Position numbers and translations under genes: made by a program
Shown here: in pieces, positions 36,346 through 48,880 of the stretch
Layout of the letters: each line of letters starts with the position of its first letter
Numbering within the stretch: the stretch's first letter is position 1
Notes under the pieces: model-generated
What the model was told of the DNA's origin: nothing
Databases searched by the model: none
The model's input: the letters and a program-made list of their open reading frames with translations, nothing else
Origin: Mytilus edulis
Lineage: Eukaryota
Reading direction: 5' to 3'
Length of the DNA: 64,000 nt
Assembly (NCBI RefSeq): GCF_963676685.1
Contig: NC_092350.1
Location: 61,442,001-61,506,000 of the forward strand

Positions 36346-38043
36346 ATGGCGACGTCTTTTCAAAACTGTGGTGTATGTGAACTCCGTCACATCACAAATC
36401 CATCCATTGTCTGGTGTACAGAATGTGACGAGGGACTATGTACAGAATGCCAGGAACATCATAGTTTATCTAAGACATCTAGGAGGCACAGTGTGATACC
36501 GATTACCGGTTACCAGAAATTACCAACTAATCTTCTTAAAGTTACTCAATACTGTAGCAAACACAATGAAAAGTATCAAATTTATTGCCAGAGGCATGAA
36601 AGTCCCTGCTGCAGCAAGTGTATTGTTGAGGACCATAAAGATTGCCAGGATATCGTCCATTTAGATGACGTCGTTCATAATGTCAAAACCTCCAATGCCC
36701 TACTCGAGATAGAGGACACATTAGTTGAAGCAGCAGAAAATATACAGAAAATTCGTCAGCACCAACAGGACAATCTGTCGACTTTATATGAAAAGAGAAA
36801 GGAAATTGAAAATGAAATAAAGAATATTAGAAAAAAGATCAACAGTCATCTCGATAAACTACAAGAAGATTTATTGAAACAACTCTATTCGATCGAAGAA
36901 AAAGAAAACTTGAAAATTTGTCAGTTATTGTCAACATTAGAAAACAAAGAAAAAGAAATAAAAGAATACCAAAGAAATATTATGAACATCAAGCAACAAG
37001 CAACAGACCTTCAGGTGTTTCTTTCCATGAAGCAAATAAAAGAAGGCGTCTATAGCAAAGGTATATTTCTGCACTCGATTATAGAAGGCGAGGGGGGACA
37101 TTGTTTTTCATATGAGATCAATCCCTCTATCCAGAATATCATGTCCGATATCGAAAGTTTCGGAGAGGTGAATATTGAAGCTAAACCTTGCGATATAGTT
37201 CTGACCAAAAAAAAAGCCAAACAAGCCCAAGTGATGGTACCAAAATTTACCGTTCAATCAAGATCCATTAGAAATATAAAGCTAACGATACACAAGATCA
37301 TTAACACTAAAGAAAATGTCTTCAGCTGTTGCATACTACCGGATGATAGAACGGTGTTTACTTTCTTCATTGAATCGACAGTAAAGGTATTCAACAATAA
37401 AGGATTAAAAGGCTTTAAGGTGAAGATGCCGTGTGAACCTTTTGATATAGTGTACATCAGTCAGGATAATACATTGGCTGTTACATCTGGAGGTTCAGCG
37501 AAAAATTGTATTACCATTATAGACTTGGCGAGAAAAAAAATCAAGAAGATAATTACACTGGATTCGCATAATTATGGAATAGCACTGAAAGATAATCGAT
37601 TGATTTATTCCGGTTACGACAAAGGTATATGCATGATCAATATGTACGACGAGTCAACGCGTGACATACATGACATAGTTCAAGATGCAATGCCAAGTGA
37701 AAGTTACATTGCAACATTAAGGGACAATATATATTACACTAACAACGTCACAAACGTTGTAACGTGTTGTAATCTAAAAGGTGAAATACAATGGACATTC
37801 CAAAATGAAAGCGTTCTGAAGAGTCCTCGGGGTATAGATGTAGATAGTAATGGTAATGTGTACGTGGTAGGGATGTTATCAAACAATGTTGTAGTTATCT
37901 CCCCTGACGGACAACTACATAGTGAAATATTGACAGCAGCAGATGGTCTAAATAGACCTTCCTCGCTTCATTATAGTGAAACAAGGAACCAGTTGCTAGT
38001 TGCAGGGTACAATGACAAGGCACATTTGTTTGATTTTATTTGA
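36346..38043 (+). CDS. RING-less TRIM-like B-box/coiled-coil/NHL protein (565 aa), divergent subtype
   Basis: Intact ORF with the same architecture; ATG lies 10 nt after the TTTTAAG acceptor, so the ORF-track N-terminal extension is likely intronic. Confidence 0.92.
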   Translation: MATSFQNCGVCELRHITNPSIVWCTECDEGLCTECQEHHSLSKTSRRHSVIPITGYQKLPTNLLKVTQYCSKHNEKYQIYCQRHESPCCSKCIVEDHKDCQDIVHLDDVVHNVKTSNALLEIEDTLVEAAENIQKIRQHQQDNLSTLYEKRKEIENEIKNIRKKINSHLDKLQEDLLKQLYSIEEKENLKICQLLSTLENKEKEIKEYQRNIMNIKQQATDLQVFLSMKQIKEGVYSKGIFLHSIIEGEGGHCFSYEINPSIQNIMSDIESFGEVNIEAKPCDIVLTKKKAKQAQVMVPKFTVQSRSIRNIKLTIHKIINTKENVFSCCILPDDRTVFTFFIESTVKVFNNKGLKGFKVKMPCEPFDIVYISQDNTLAVTSGGSAKNCITIIDLARKKIKKIITLDSHNYGIALKDNRLIYSGYDKGICMINMYDESTRDIHDIVQDAMPSESYIATLRDNIYYTNNVTNVVTCCNLKGEIQWTFQNESVLKSPRGIDVDSNGNVYVVGMLSNNVVVISPDGQLHSEILTAADGLNRPSSLHYSETRNQLLVAGYNDKAHLFDFI

Positions 38044-39412
38044 GGTCTTTCTTGGCAATATTTTGAATTAATCAGTTTCCGCAACATGTTTCGTTTATTT
38101 TGTCAGCTATAAAATATTTAGTGATTGTTTGAAAAACAATTATGCAGTCAATTATTGAGCTGTGTACTACATAGACACGATGAGCCGGATTTTAACGTGA
38201 CCGATCACAAGGTAACCGACCTTATGGAGACATGTCACCCTTTAAGTACAAATAATTCTGACTCCGAGCAGACTTCATATTTCAATGAATGTAATCTATG
38301 AATTACTGGTAAATGTTTAAGTCAGGGATTTCGTTACCACAAATTACTTTAAACCTTTACTAAATTCTTCCATAGATATAAAGATTAGTTTTTGAAGTTT
38401 GGTTGTTTCCGATGAAAACTTAATTCAAACGGGATAGCACCCGCTCATTTGTACGGAGATGTTGTATATCGAGCCTGGAAACTTGGAAACGATCCGGGTA
38501 AACTTATCGATTTTTTGATAATCTCATTCTAAAATGTTATTAATTCAACACTAGTATTTCAATATTGTTTTTATTGGTATTTATACTGATTTTGTTATCA
38601 GTAAATTGAGATCAAACTTTAAATATTATTTATATATATATGCACACCATGGCTCTACAATCTGCCGATACCTTTATCTTGTCATTGCACAAGGTCATGT
38701 TTTTCTCAGACTGTTTATGACGTCTTTACACTTAAACCATCGGAGGTTGGATGCGTACTAATTGATATGTTTGTCTTAGATAAAATTGATAATGGAAATG
38801 GGGAATGTGCCAAGAGGCAACAACCCGACCAAAGGACAGAAAAACAGCAGAATGACACCAATGGGTCTTAAACACGGCGAAAAAATCCCACACCCAGGGT
38901 CGGGCTTCAGCTGTTCCCCAAACAAAATGTGAACTTGTTCAGTGAATGTGCATAATTTTTTTCATTAGTTGTTTTTGGCTTTGAATTAGCTGCCAGTAAC
39001 TGCAAGTACTCTCAGATACGTACTACTGTTTTTCTGTTGTGTGGATGTCTAAGTAACCGTCTAAAACTCTGTGTTTTTGTTAGATGTATTTCTATGTGTA
39101 TCCATCTGATAAGTTAAGCCTTTTTCAACTTATTTTTATGTTTGTTCTTATGTTGTACTGTTACACCACTGTCCCAGGTTAGGGAAGGGTTGGCGCCTTC
39201 AAATGAATTTAGCCCCGCCACATTCTGTATGTGCCTGTCCCAAGTCAGGAGCATGTAATTCAGTGTGTAATATATTTGTTTTTCGTTCATTATTTTGTAC
39301 ATAAATTAGGCCGTTAGTTTTCCCGTTTGAACTGTTTTACACTTGTCATTTTGGGGCCTTTTATAGCTGACTATGCGTGATGTTGTTCCGTTCCATTACG
39401 TTTAGTGCCTTA

Positions 39413-39656
39413 GGGACGACATCAAAAGTTCAATGTAGGATAAAAAACTTCATTCACATAGTTTTTTCACTGACCCCCCCCCCCCCCCCTCCCTCCACCC
39501 CTCTTCTTAACTTAATTTGGGAAAAATTGATTTACCAATAGGGATATATGTAAAAATCGATTTTAGATATATAAAACTTGCAGAGTTTTAACCCCCCCCA
39601 CCCCAAACTATTTGATTTAAGTTTTTTACCCTACATCGATCTTTTGATGTCGTCCC
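39413..39656. mobile_element. PIF/Harbinger-type MITE (244 bp)
   Basis: ~50-bp TIR GGGACGACATCAAAAG..., TTA target duplication on both sides. Confidence 0.88.
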
Positions 39657-40111
39657 TTATCTGGATGATTATTGGTATTTGTGGAACTGAACGGGTCAAA
39701 GCAAACTTTACATATTTGATGATTTTTTTATTTATCTTCATTTTTTGTGTACTTAATCATTATTTGTGACATGTTGTGCCATAAATTAAGTATGGATGTA
39801 TTCCTTAACAGAGAAATTTCATAGATTGTTGAACTTTGTGAAAGTAAATATATGATACCAATCGATTTTGAAAATTTCTGACCTGTCTTTCCAGAGATAT
39901 CGGACTTTGGACCATCAAATAAATTAAGGGTAATAGTTTATAAGTTATGCAATAAATCTTGTATGATGCAGCATATAGCAATGCTATCCAGAGAAGGCAA
40001 AATTATGCATTATTCCGATATTGAATACCCGGTGGAATACTCCTATTTTTACAAGTATATACAATATTGATCATGTCTCGAGGCTTTCATACACATTGGT
40101 GACCATATATC

Positions 40112-41448
40112 TGTTACAGTGAATTTACATAATCAGTGATTATGCAGAATCACTGAAATTTTCAGGGATTATGTAAAATCAATGGCTAGTTTAGAGATTA
40201 TATATAATCACTAAAATTTTCAGGGATTATGTATAATCACTGAAAAAAACGCCAGGGATTATACATAATAACTGAAATGAAGAAATAGTATTATTTATAA
40301 AGAAAATTAATATAAGTCAAATATTTTTTTCTATCAAATCATATTAAAACCTCATTATGACATTAAATTGTAAAATGTTAAGCACAATATATTAAAGTGA
40401 TGACCCAATTTTTTTTAATGTTAGGCACAATATATTAAAATGTTAAACACAATATATTGAAATAATATGCTTCACATCTGTTTTTACCACAATATCCACA
40501 TTTTAAAAAACCTGTTCCTTCACATATCGATTTTAGATTTTACGACACGCCTAAGAGAAATAAACAGTTCAGTAAAAACATCTGAAGGTATCCACACCAC
40601 CCCCCCCCACCCCCCCCCCCCCCACCCCCCAAAAAAAAGAGAATTAGCAACCTCGAACTGGTTCAAGCAAGATACCATATTTTGTGGCCGGGCGATATCC
40701 TTTTTCAGACTTTTTGTAAACAATCCCCTTTATGATTTGGGGATTCCCTTTCCTTTTTTACCCTGGGAAATTGCTATGGGAATATTACACCAAATACTAG
40801 CTTCCTCTAAAATTTTGTTCTATTTGTCAATCCTTAGGCCTGTTTTTTCTATACATTTAGATGCGTTAGTTCTCTCAATTTGAATTTCTTGTTAAAAAAA
40901 TATTAAAAAAAAAAACCAACTCACAAAACAGATATTCCATAATCTTCTTCACCTTTATTTTACATGTACCACAAATAACATGCTCTGTGGATTTTTAAAT
41001 AGTACATGAATATCCATTTGCATGACGCTGGCTTTTTAATAATAAACAAACAATACATGTACAGATATCGCTATAAAGGGAATGATGATATTATTAATTT
41101 TGAAGTCTCCAATTTTATCTCGAAACCCTGTGTTGTTTAAATCTTTAAGATCATCCTCTGTGTTCAAAAAGAAAATTATTTCATCTGGCAAGGAATATGA
41201 AAGAAAAAAAGATAATTTGTCTTTGTTTATTTTTTTTTTATCAAACGAAGGATCCTTAAATTATTGTTATTCCCTGAAATCATATTAGGGAATTTGTTGA
41301 ATAATTATTAAAATATTCAGTGATTATGTAAAATCACTGGTCATTTTCAGGGATTATATATAACTACTAATGAGTTTAGTTATTCTACATATTCCCTGAA
41401 AAATCAGGGATTCTACATAATCCCTGATTATACAAATTCACTGTAACA
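40112..41448. mobile_element. Non-autonomous DNA transposon with TGTTACAGTGAATTT TIRs and palindromic subterminal repeats
   Basis: More than 45 bp of inverted ends and repeated CAGGGATTATGTATAATCACTG motifs; no clear TSD; a related left end lies at ~63750. Confidence 0.8.
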
Positions 41449-41608
41449 TACTACTATTTCATGCTGAGCAATATAACCTTAGCCAAATCACAAGGAAACA
41501 ATATGAACCGATATTTAATAGCTAATGCACGGCTAAAAATCTAGATCGTGCACCTAAAGTGTTCCTCTACTAATTTTGAGTTCTAGTGCCTATCCGAAAA
41601 CAAATGTT

Positions 41609-41888
41609 TTTACTAGAGTGGAATAGTAGCTTTCCTAAGGTGTATTTGGCAAAGCCTTTCCTATTTTTAGGTCCTCAATGCGCTTCAGCTTTGCACTTTA
41701 TTTGGTCTTGTAACCATATAACAAAAAAATTGTAGCTTCTCAAAATCTTTACTAGAGTGGAATAGTAGCTTTCCTAAGGTGTATTTGGCAAAGCCTTTCC
41801 TATTTTCAGGTCCTCAATGCGCTTAAGCTTTGCAATTTATTTGGTCTTGTAACCATTTAACAAAAAGAATGTAGCTTCTCAAAATCTT
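41609..41888 (+). repeat. 139-bp tandem duplication derived from the retrozyme-like repeat
   Basis: Two near-identical units; the internal part matches 13820-13910; no hammerhead core. Confidence 0.85.
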
Positions 41889-44800
41889 GAATATTATAAA
41901 TAAATATTTAATACATGCACTATCATTGTAAGCCATTCACATCTGTTCAAATTTCCCTGGACTAATAAAATCTTAAGTTGAAAAATACAGAATCTATTCT
42001 AAATTAATTCTTTTTTAAACAAATAAATCATTATATCAATAATCCCTGATAGAAGTGACAAATCTAATATATTTTTGATATTTTCCTTTCTAAATATAGA
42101 CGTCAAAATTAAACTCATTAAAGTAAGAATCAGTTGTTGACGCATTGTATGATCAACCATTCAGATTGGGCCAGAATATTTAATGAAAACTATCAGATAC
42201 ACAATTATAAATTGGAGATAGCCTTATGTTGATATTGATGATTTATGGTAAACCTAGAACAAATGTGAAATAAATGAAAATAAGAAAATATATATACATG
42301 TATGTATAAACATAAATGTTAACCTGATAATTATGTTTGAGCTTTCTTAAAGTTCAGCACTACTTTATTTAAGTAAAAGGTTTCTGCGGGTGAGCATATA
42401 CCAGAGTCGCATCAGTATCTATCCCAGATAAAGAGATAAAGCATATGGGCCTTAGAAAATTGTTTAATTCCAAGTGTTTTTGTTTGATAGAGAACATTAA
42501 TGTTCCTAAATAGCAATCCTGAGCTGTTTTATAGGATGGCACGGCAACTGACTCTAGGAAAAAGTAAAATCACAAAAATACTGAACTTAGAAGAAAATCA
42601 ATTCGGAAAATCCATAATCACATGGCAAAATCAAATAACATAACGCAAAGTTTTTTTCAGTATAAAAACAGACAGCTATTTCTACATCATTTTATGTCTG
42701 TAAATGCTATTATAGAAATATCTTAAGTAAGTACAAAATTTCGGCAAATTGTTGTCTCTTTCACATAAGATTGATATGATAGTCACTTTTCCTTAAAAAC
42801 AACTAATGCTGAACCTTGCATTTGCCAATTTGGAGCTTTTTCTTCATTTCAGAAAATGCAAGATGACCGTCACCGTGGAACACAGTTTAACATAGAACCC
42901 TATGAGAAAAAGACATAGAAAATCCTAATAAAATATCTGGTTGGGGGGGGGGGGGGGGGTAACCGATACATAATTTCTGTAGAGAAGACACTGTCAAGCA
43001 TACTAACAAAAATTTAACAATTACTATCCACACTAATCTGTGTCCACACTTGTTATATTTGAATAAAATGCATTTTTTGCCATTAAATCTTTCATGATTG
43101 TAAAAAAGTAGATATAGTATGGAAGAAAGATTAGAGTTATCCCTCTTTATCTCTTTATATTAGACATTATGTTTATGATAGTGATGTTATCAATCAATGA
43201 GTCGTGTGAAAGAATGAATTTAAGTATTCATATTATTTATCTGTATTTGCTTTGATTTATATACCTGTATTTTGGCACTGTGATTAGGTTTATAAAAAAA
43301 TTAATTTGAACTTGAATTTATACCCGAGACAAACTTTTAGGTTCGTGAAACAATGAATAATGATATGACCGTATATTACCTTTCTAACGTAACAATACCC
43401 AAATTGTACCTATTTAGCAAACAAAGCAGCGAAAATCTTACAAGTTATCTTAGGGACTAAACAATGGTTTTTTCTTATAATTTGACATTATGCCCGTCTT
43501 TCAAGTAAGTAAATATATCTATTCACAAAACGTTCAACAGATGGTGTATTCACTGGGAAAAGTAAAATCTACGGAAACGTCGCCATGCGATATCCACAAA
43601 ATATTTAACAAGCACCCATTTCTTTAAAAAAAATGAATAGTTAGCATAGAGTAATGACAAATTGTTCGAAATATTTGAAGAAAAAAAACATGATCTGTTA
43701 TTCGATTTATAAGGTTCTGAATTTAAGCATGGATGATATTAGGTACTCTTCATTACAAAATCATGGAAAGTTTTGTCTGGGTCATAAATAAATGTGGTGA
43801 AAAAACTGTCAAAATAAGTCAATTTGATCAAAATTAAATGAAAAACATCAGTTTACAAAACACAACATTGAACAATAAAAGACTACAAGCAATACGATCC
43901 AAATCAAAACGATATGGTTGATATCATGTGCTCCGGAAGGGTAAGCGCATATCAAGACCAATTTCCCCGGTTACCTAAGGGCACCGGTTACCCCAGGGCC
44001 TACATCAGCGGACCTTTCTTCCACCTGCATATCATGCGCCTTAATGAATTACCATTATCAAATCAATATCAATCCTTTTGTGATTATCTTTTTGAGAGCC
44101 TCACATGTATATAATATAACCTATATTGCGATTTAAGTTAAAACGCGATTCCTTAGACGTACAACCTGTTTCTCGCTTTTCGTTCCACTGTAAAACTAAA
44201 ATACTATTTGTTATTGTAAAGCAATAAAATTGAAAATGGAAATGAGGAATGTGTCAAAGAGACAACAACCCGACCAAAGAGAAGACAACAGCCGAATGCC
44301 AACAATGGGTCTTTTTTCTGTTTACTCCTTTACTATATCAATAACATACTGTTTGTCAGGTTTTTGTATTCCCATTCATCGCCAAAATGGTAAAGTATAA
44401 CAAACAAATTAAAAATGCGGACTTTTAAATTGTAGCAGGTAAAAGCTTTTACCTCAAATTAACAAATCTAACTTGAATATTCTGCTTGACTTTCCAAAAT
44501 CTATTCTTTTTAAATTTTAAACCATCCAAGCATGTGTATTTTATTTTGTCGTTACACAAGTTATGTGTGATCTATTTTTATTACTTATTTCATTATTATA
44601 AAAAAAAAATGCAGAAAGATTCAAATAAAAGAATAATAGAAAGTGTGTGGATTAACGAAGAAGACTCTTGACAATCAGATAAGACATACCCGAGTTTCAA
44701 AAAGTATCATGTTGGCTTCAATAAATAAATAAATAATAAATTCGTATTTGTGAAAAAATATTGTATTTCGTCTTTCTACTGGGAATGATTGTTGTCAGAT

Positions 44801-45323
44801 TTCAAACGTTTAATGTTACCTCACTTCTACGGTTTTTAGGCATGATTAAATTAATTGGCGCTATTTTCTAATTATTTTCTAGCTTGATCGTCTTAATATT
44901 GTTCCCTAGCTAATTTGTTAGCTAGCTTGATACGTCTTATTTTTAGCTATAGCTTTATACGTCTTATTTTTTTCTACATTATAGATATAGTAAAATGCAA
45001 ACATCGTTAAAAAAATATCAGGGAAAACAGTCCGCATAGTTAAATTGTTTTTGTTGGTTTTTTTTACCGGTATTTTATCTATTGTTTCTTTTTTGTAGGT
45101 AACAAGTGTGTCAAACTGGAAGTTGGCTCCATCCGTAAAATATTCAGTATGTCGTCGGAATATACAAATATAATAACAATAGTACTGTAAAACTTGTCAA
45201 AAACAGCCGGGTACCAGTTTTTTGTAACAGGCAGACAAAAAGCGCGTTAATATCCGCATGCCGTACATCACGTTATTTCGCGTATTTTCAACATAATAAA
45301 CAACGGTGCCAGCCTAAATAAAT

Positions 45324-45375
45324 ATGTCTCAAGATTATTCACACAACCGTGTGCAACAAGACTCTGAATACGGCG
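45324..45375 (+). CDS. Orphan gene coding exon 1 (MSQDYSHNRVQQDSEYG)
   Basis: ATG and G|GTAAGT donor conserved in the paralogue (5716-5767); exon acceptor at 45097-45098. Confidence 0.75.
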
Positions 45376-46189
45376 GTAAGTGCATTTGGCCAATTTGAGA
45401 ACTTATTGAAGTTAAGTACGAAATTTGGCATTCTTTACCTGGTCCCGGAACTATGGGTTCACATTTTAGCCTTTATTTTTAGATTCTGTTTTTTTTTTCT
45501 TTATTATTTTTTTTTACAAGAGAAGATGATTTACATGAGAGATTACCCTGTCATCACGACAAAGTTTGAAGATTGAAGAGTTTAGGGGACCAAACCCGTG
45601 TCCCCATAAAGTAAATAAAAAACCGACCAAACAATGGCCTGATCTGTCACGTGTGTGAGGGTCTGGGCGGGGTTAACAAAAATAGAGAAGAATTTACCAA
45701 TAATACAGAAAAATAGGCAAAATAAATATAATAATGACATGTTCCCATAGAGAATAATGGTCAAGAATAGAAGAAAGATGAGAAAAATAACTTAAAATAT
45801 AGAAATCAAGAATTAGTCAAATACATGTATCTCAGTGAGTTGCAATAAGAAAAAGACCAGCACTGGTCTCGGTGTTTATTATCTTATATACTGTGACAAC
45901 TACAATCAGTACATTACAAATAATAATTCCCGCAAACATATATCATGCAAAGTTCGAGATTTAGAGCTCATTTATTTCATGTGCGAGTCCTCTTATTTTT
46001 ATTTTTTTCTTATTTATTTTTTTTGGGGGGGGGGGGGGGTAAAGGGGGGAGGTGTTGACCTAACAGTTGTCTTAATAATGACGTTATTACTATAATTTAT
46101 TGTATCTATTGACGAAAAATAGTTTATATCAAAGTGGTGTACTTTGATATACATGTAGAACATATATATACATACGTATTGCATTTCAG

Positions 46190-46268
46190 CGGAAGAACCA
46201 ACCACCCATGACGAGACATGCGAGACAAACATACCATACGTTAGAGTGCAAGATGAAATTGAGTATCA
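46190..46268 (+). CDS. Orphan gene coding exon 2
   Basis: TTTCAG acceptor and GTAAGT donor; phases 1 and 2 join exons 1 and 3 in frame. Confidence 0.8.
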
Positions 46269-46794
46269 GTAAGTTACTTTATGTAAAGAAGGTAGGGAGT
46301 AATCCACCGTCTTGAATATCAAAGCAAAGCACCGTAATCACTTGGTTTAAAAAATTACCGAAAAGAGGTGAAAGATAACAAAGTGGCTTTCAAACTCATA
46401 AGTCGAAAATAATAATAAAATTAACGGTACCAATTTATTGGCATAGATATGGCATCATTTACTGAAATTGAAGTCTTTTGAAATAACATACTCGAAATAC
46501 TTTGATAAAAAAACTAACAAGAAAATAAGAACGGAGGCCCCCATTTTATCTTTTGGTTGTCTGAAAGCAAATTCCGAGATCTATTTCTATGAATGGTTGA
46601 AAATCATATCAGCAATTTTCTTTTCTTATCATATACCATTGCATTACATTTTCCATATTGGTTTAAAATGTCATAATCATTGGAAAATAAACCAATGACT
46701 TGGCGTCATTTTCATTTTGGGGTACGAACAATGAAATCAACCATGGGTCTTCAGATTAGTACGTTAATTTTTCTTGAATTTTAATTCATTCCAG

Positions 46795-48880
46795 ACTTCT
46801 CTTGCATTGGAAAAAGCTATGTGAGGAAAATGTTCAAGACATTAACAAGGAAATAGAACTTATTCGCCAGGGAGAAAACAGGCTCGTCGAGTTAACAAAA
46901 AAGGACAGCAAAGTTTATCCTCGCTATCGAGCTAAAATAAAGCAGCTTCAAAATTATAAAAGTGACGTTGAAACCCTTGCAAAGAAATTCCCAAATTGTA
47001 TACAGAGGGACTGTAACGTGTTTATTCCACTCAGCAGACAAAAATGTCTTAATAAACTGTACTGCTGCCTACGAAAACGCTTTAGAAAAACACGAAAAAA
47101 TGAAAAGTTCGACTTGACTACCGACATTCGAAGACGCTTTGGAGACTCTTTCGAAAAAACTGTCTTTTCCGAAATGAAGCGGAAATACTTTCAGAAATAT
47201 TTCCGAAAGTTGGGAATTGAAAGGGAAAATTTGACACCAGCATTAATGGCGACGGATAAGAAACACCGTGCGAAGACCATCAAAATTGTTATTTATGATC
47301 GCATTTTTGCTTTTAAGCATATGTTAGGAGTCCCACTATTGAGCCGAATAAAAGAAGTTCAAGAAATTATAAGACCTCGTTCATCACTGTCATTGCTTAC
47401 ACGCAGTCGCAGACTTTCAACAAATATTCTCAGAAAGACTTACACCGTTTCCAAATCCGGATTAATATGTAAACCTGATGGCAATATGACTAATATTGAA
47501 CGTTCGGAGTCACCAGCTTCTAAAAGTCTTGAAGTTAACAGGCATCCACCTAATACAATAATCGATTATTTTGTAAACAGGAAATTAACGCCGTACGAAA
47601 GTTGTGCCGAATCCGCGGAGGATTCCGACCCTTGTTCGCAGAACGAAACTTCAATGACGAAAAGCTTTAGTAGCTCTTTGTCTGCTCAAGACGACACTAA
47701 TGGTAAACAGAAAGTTTCAGAAGAATTCAACGATGATCACTGTACGCGTAGTAAACAAATGCAGCCAGAATGTCCTTTTAGTCCTGTTTCTATTATAGAA
47801 AACAAACCATTTACAGAATTCGTCGGCAAAATTGAGCCAAAATGTCCTGCTCAATCAGAACCCATTGCCAGGAACAATAGTTTTACGCAGAAGGAATCAT
47901 CCAAGTTAGACAGTTCTTGCAATACAGCAGTTGTTGCAGTTGATATTGATTCCCTACCAAACCAACAAAACAAACCAATAATCCATATACCTCAAGCCGA
48001 ATCAACCATATTGGAAAATCCCTGTTCGCTGACCTCATACACTGACAACACTAGCAGTCTTATTAAACGACCAACCCGGAACCTCATAGAAATTCCTTGT
48101 CGATCGACGTCTATTGAAATTGACACTACTTTTGCAAGTCAAAAACGAACCAAGCCGGAATTTCTGAGTCTCTCGACGCATGAAATTGACAATTCAATAC
48201 AATTGAAAAATGCTGACCACAAGATGTCTGACGATCATTGCCTTGTTGAAAACTCAACCAATCATGAGACCTCAGCTACATTGGACACTCGTCTTATAAC
48301 CGATTGGGGAAAACTTAAAGATCGGAAATCTACTACTATTGTAATTTCTGAAAATCCTACTGAGCAAATCAAACCGGAAGGTAATTGTCGTCTGCTTTTT
48401 CCACGTGGTGCTGCGCTACCTAGAATATCGTCGACTCCCAGTCAGAAAAGCACAGAAGAAATTCATTGTAAGATTGAAGGTCATGCAATAACGAAAAGGC
48501 CACAATCAGGTCTGGAAGCCAAATGTAATAAAAATTATGTTTCATCTTTGTTGAAAATAAGACGGAAGCTGCCTCCCATGGTTAATACCCAAAATGTAAT
48601 AAAACCAGTCAAAACTTATTGTAAACAACGCGGATTCGATCTCGAAACTTCACATATTGAAAATAAACCGTCAAAAGACCACATTGTGCATAAGAATCGT
48701 ACGAAGACAAAACCAAATAGTCCAGTCAAAAGGGTTAGAAGAATCTCCCGCACTCCTCATCATGTCGACATCATGTACAGTGCTGAGGAAAAAGATGATG
48801 GTACCATTAGAGAAACGCCTAATCGTCCGTTACCTCCGATAAAAGACCAAAAACAAACTACACAAAAGTGGAATGACTGA
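46795..48880 (+). CDS. Orphan gene coding exon 3 (whole protein 738 aa: basic helical N-terminal domain plus long low-complexity tail)
   Basis: 2.08-kb open frame starting right after a TTCCAG acceptor; 52+79+2086=2217 nt; no domain recognised. Confidence 0.85.

Noticed and set aside
39100-39135. CTGATAAG-TT...AAC resembling a hammerhead 5' half
   Set aside because: No CUGANGA box and no GAAA or stem III
45090-45105. TTGTAG|GTAAC as a recursive splice site
   Set aside because: Introns here are short; an ordinary exon starting with GT is the simpler reading
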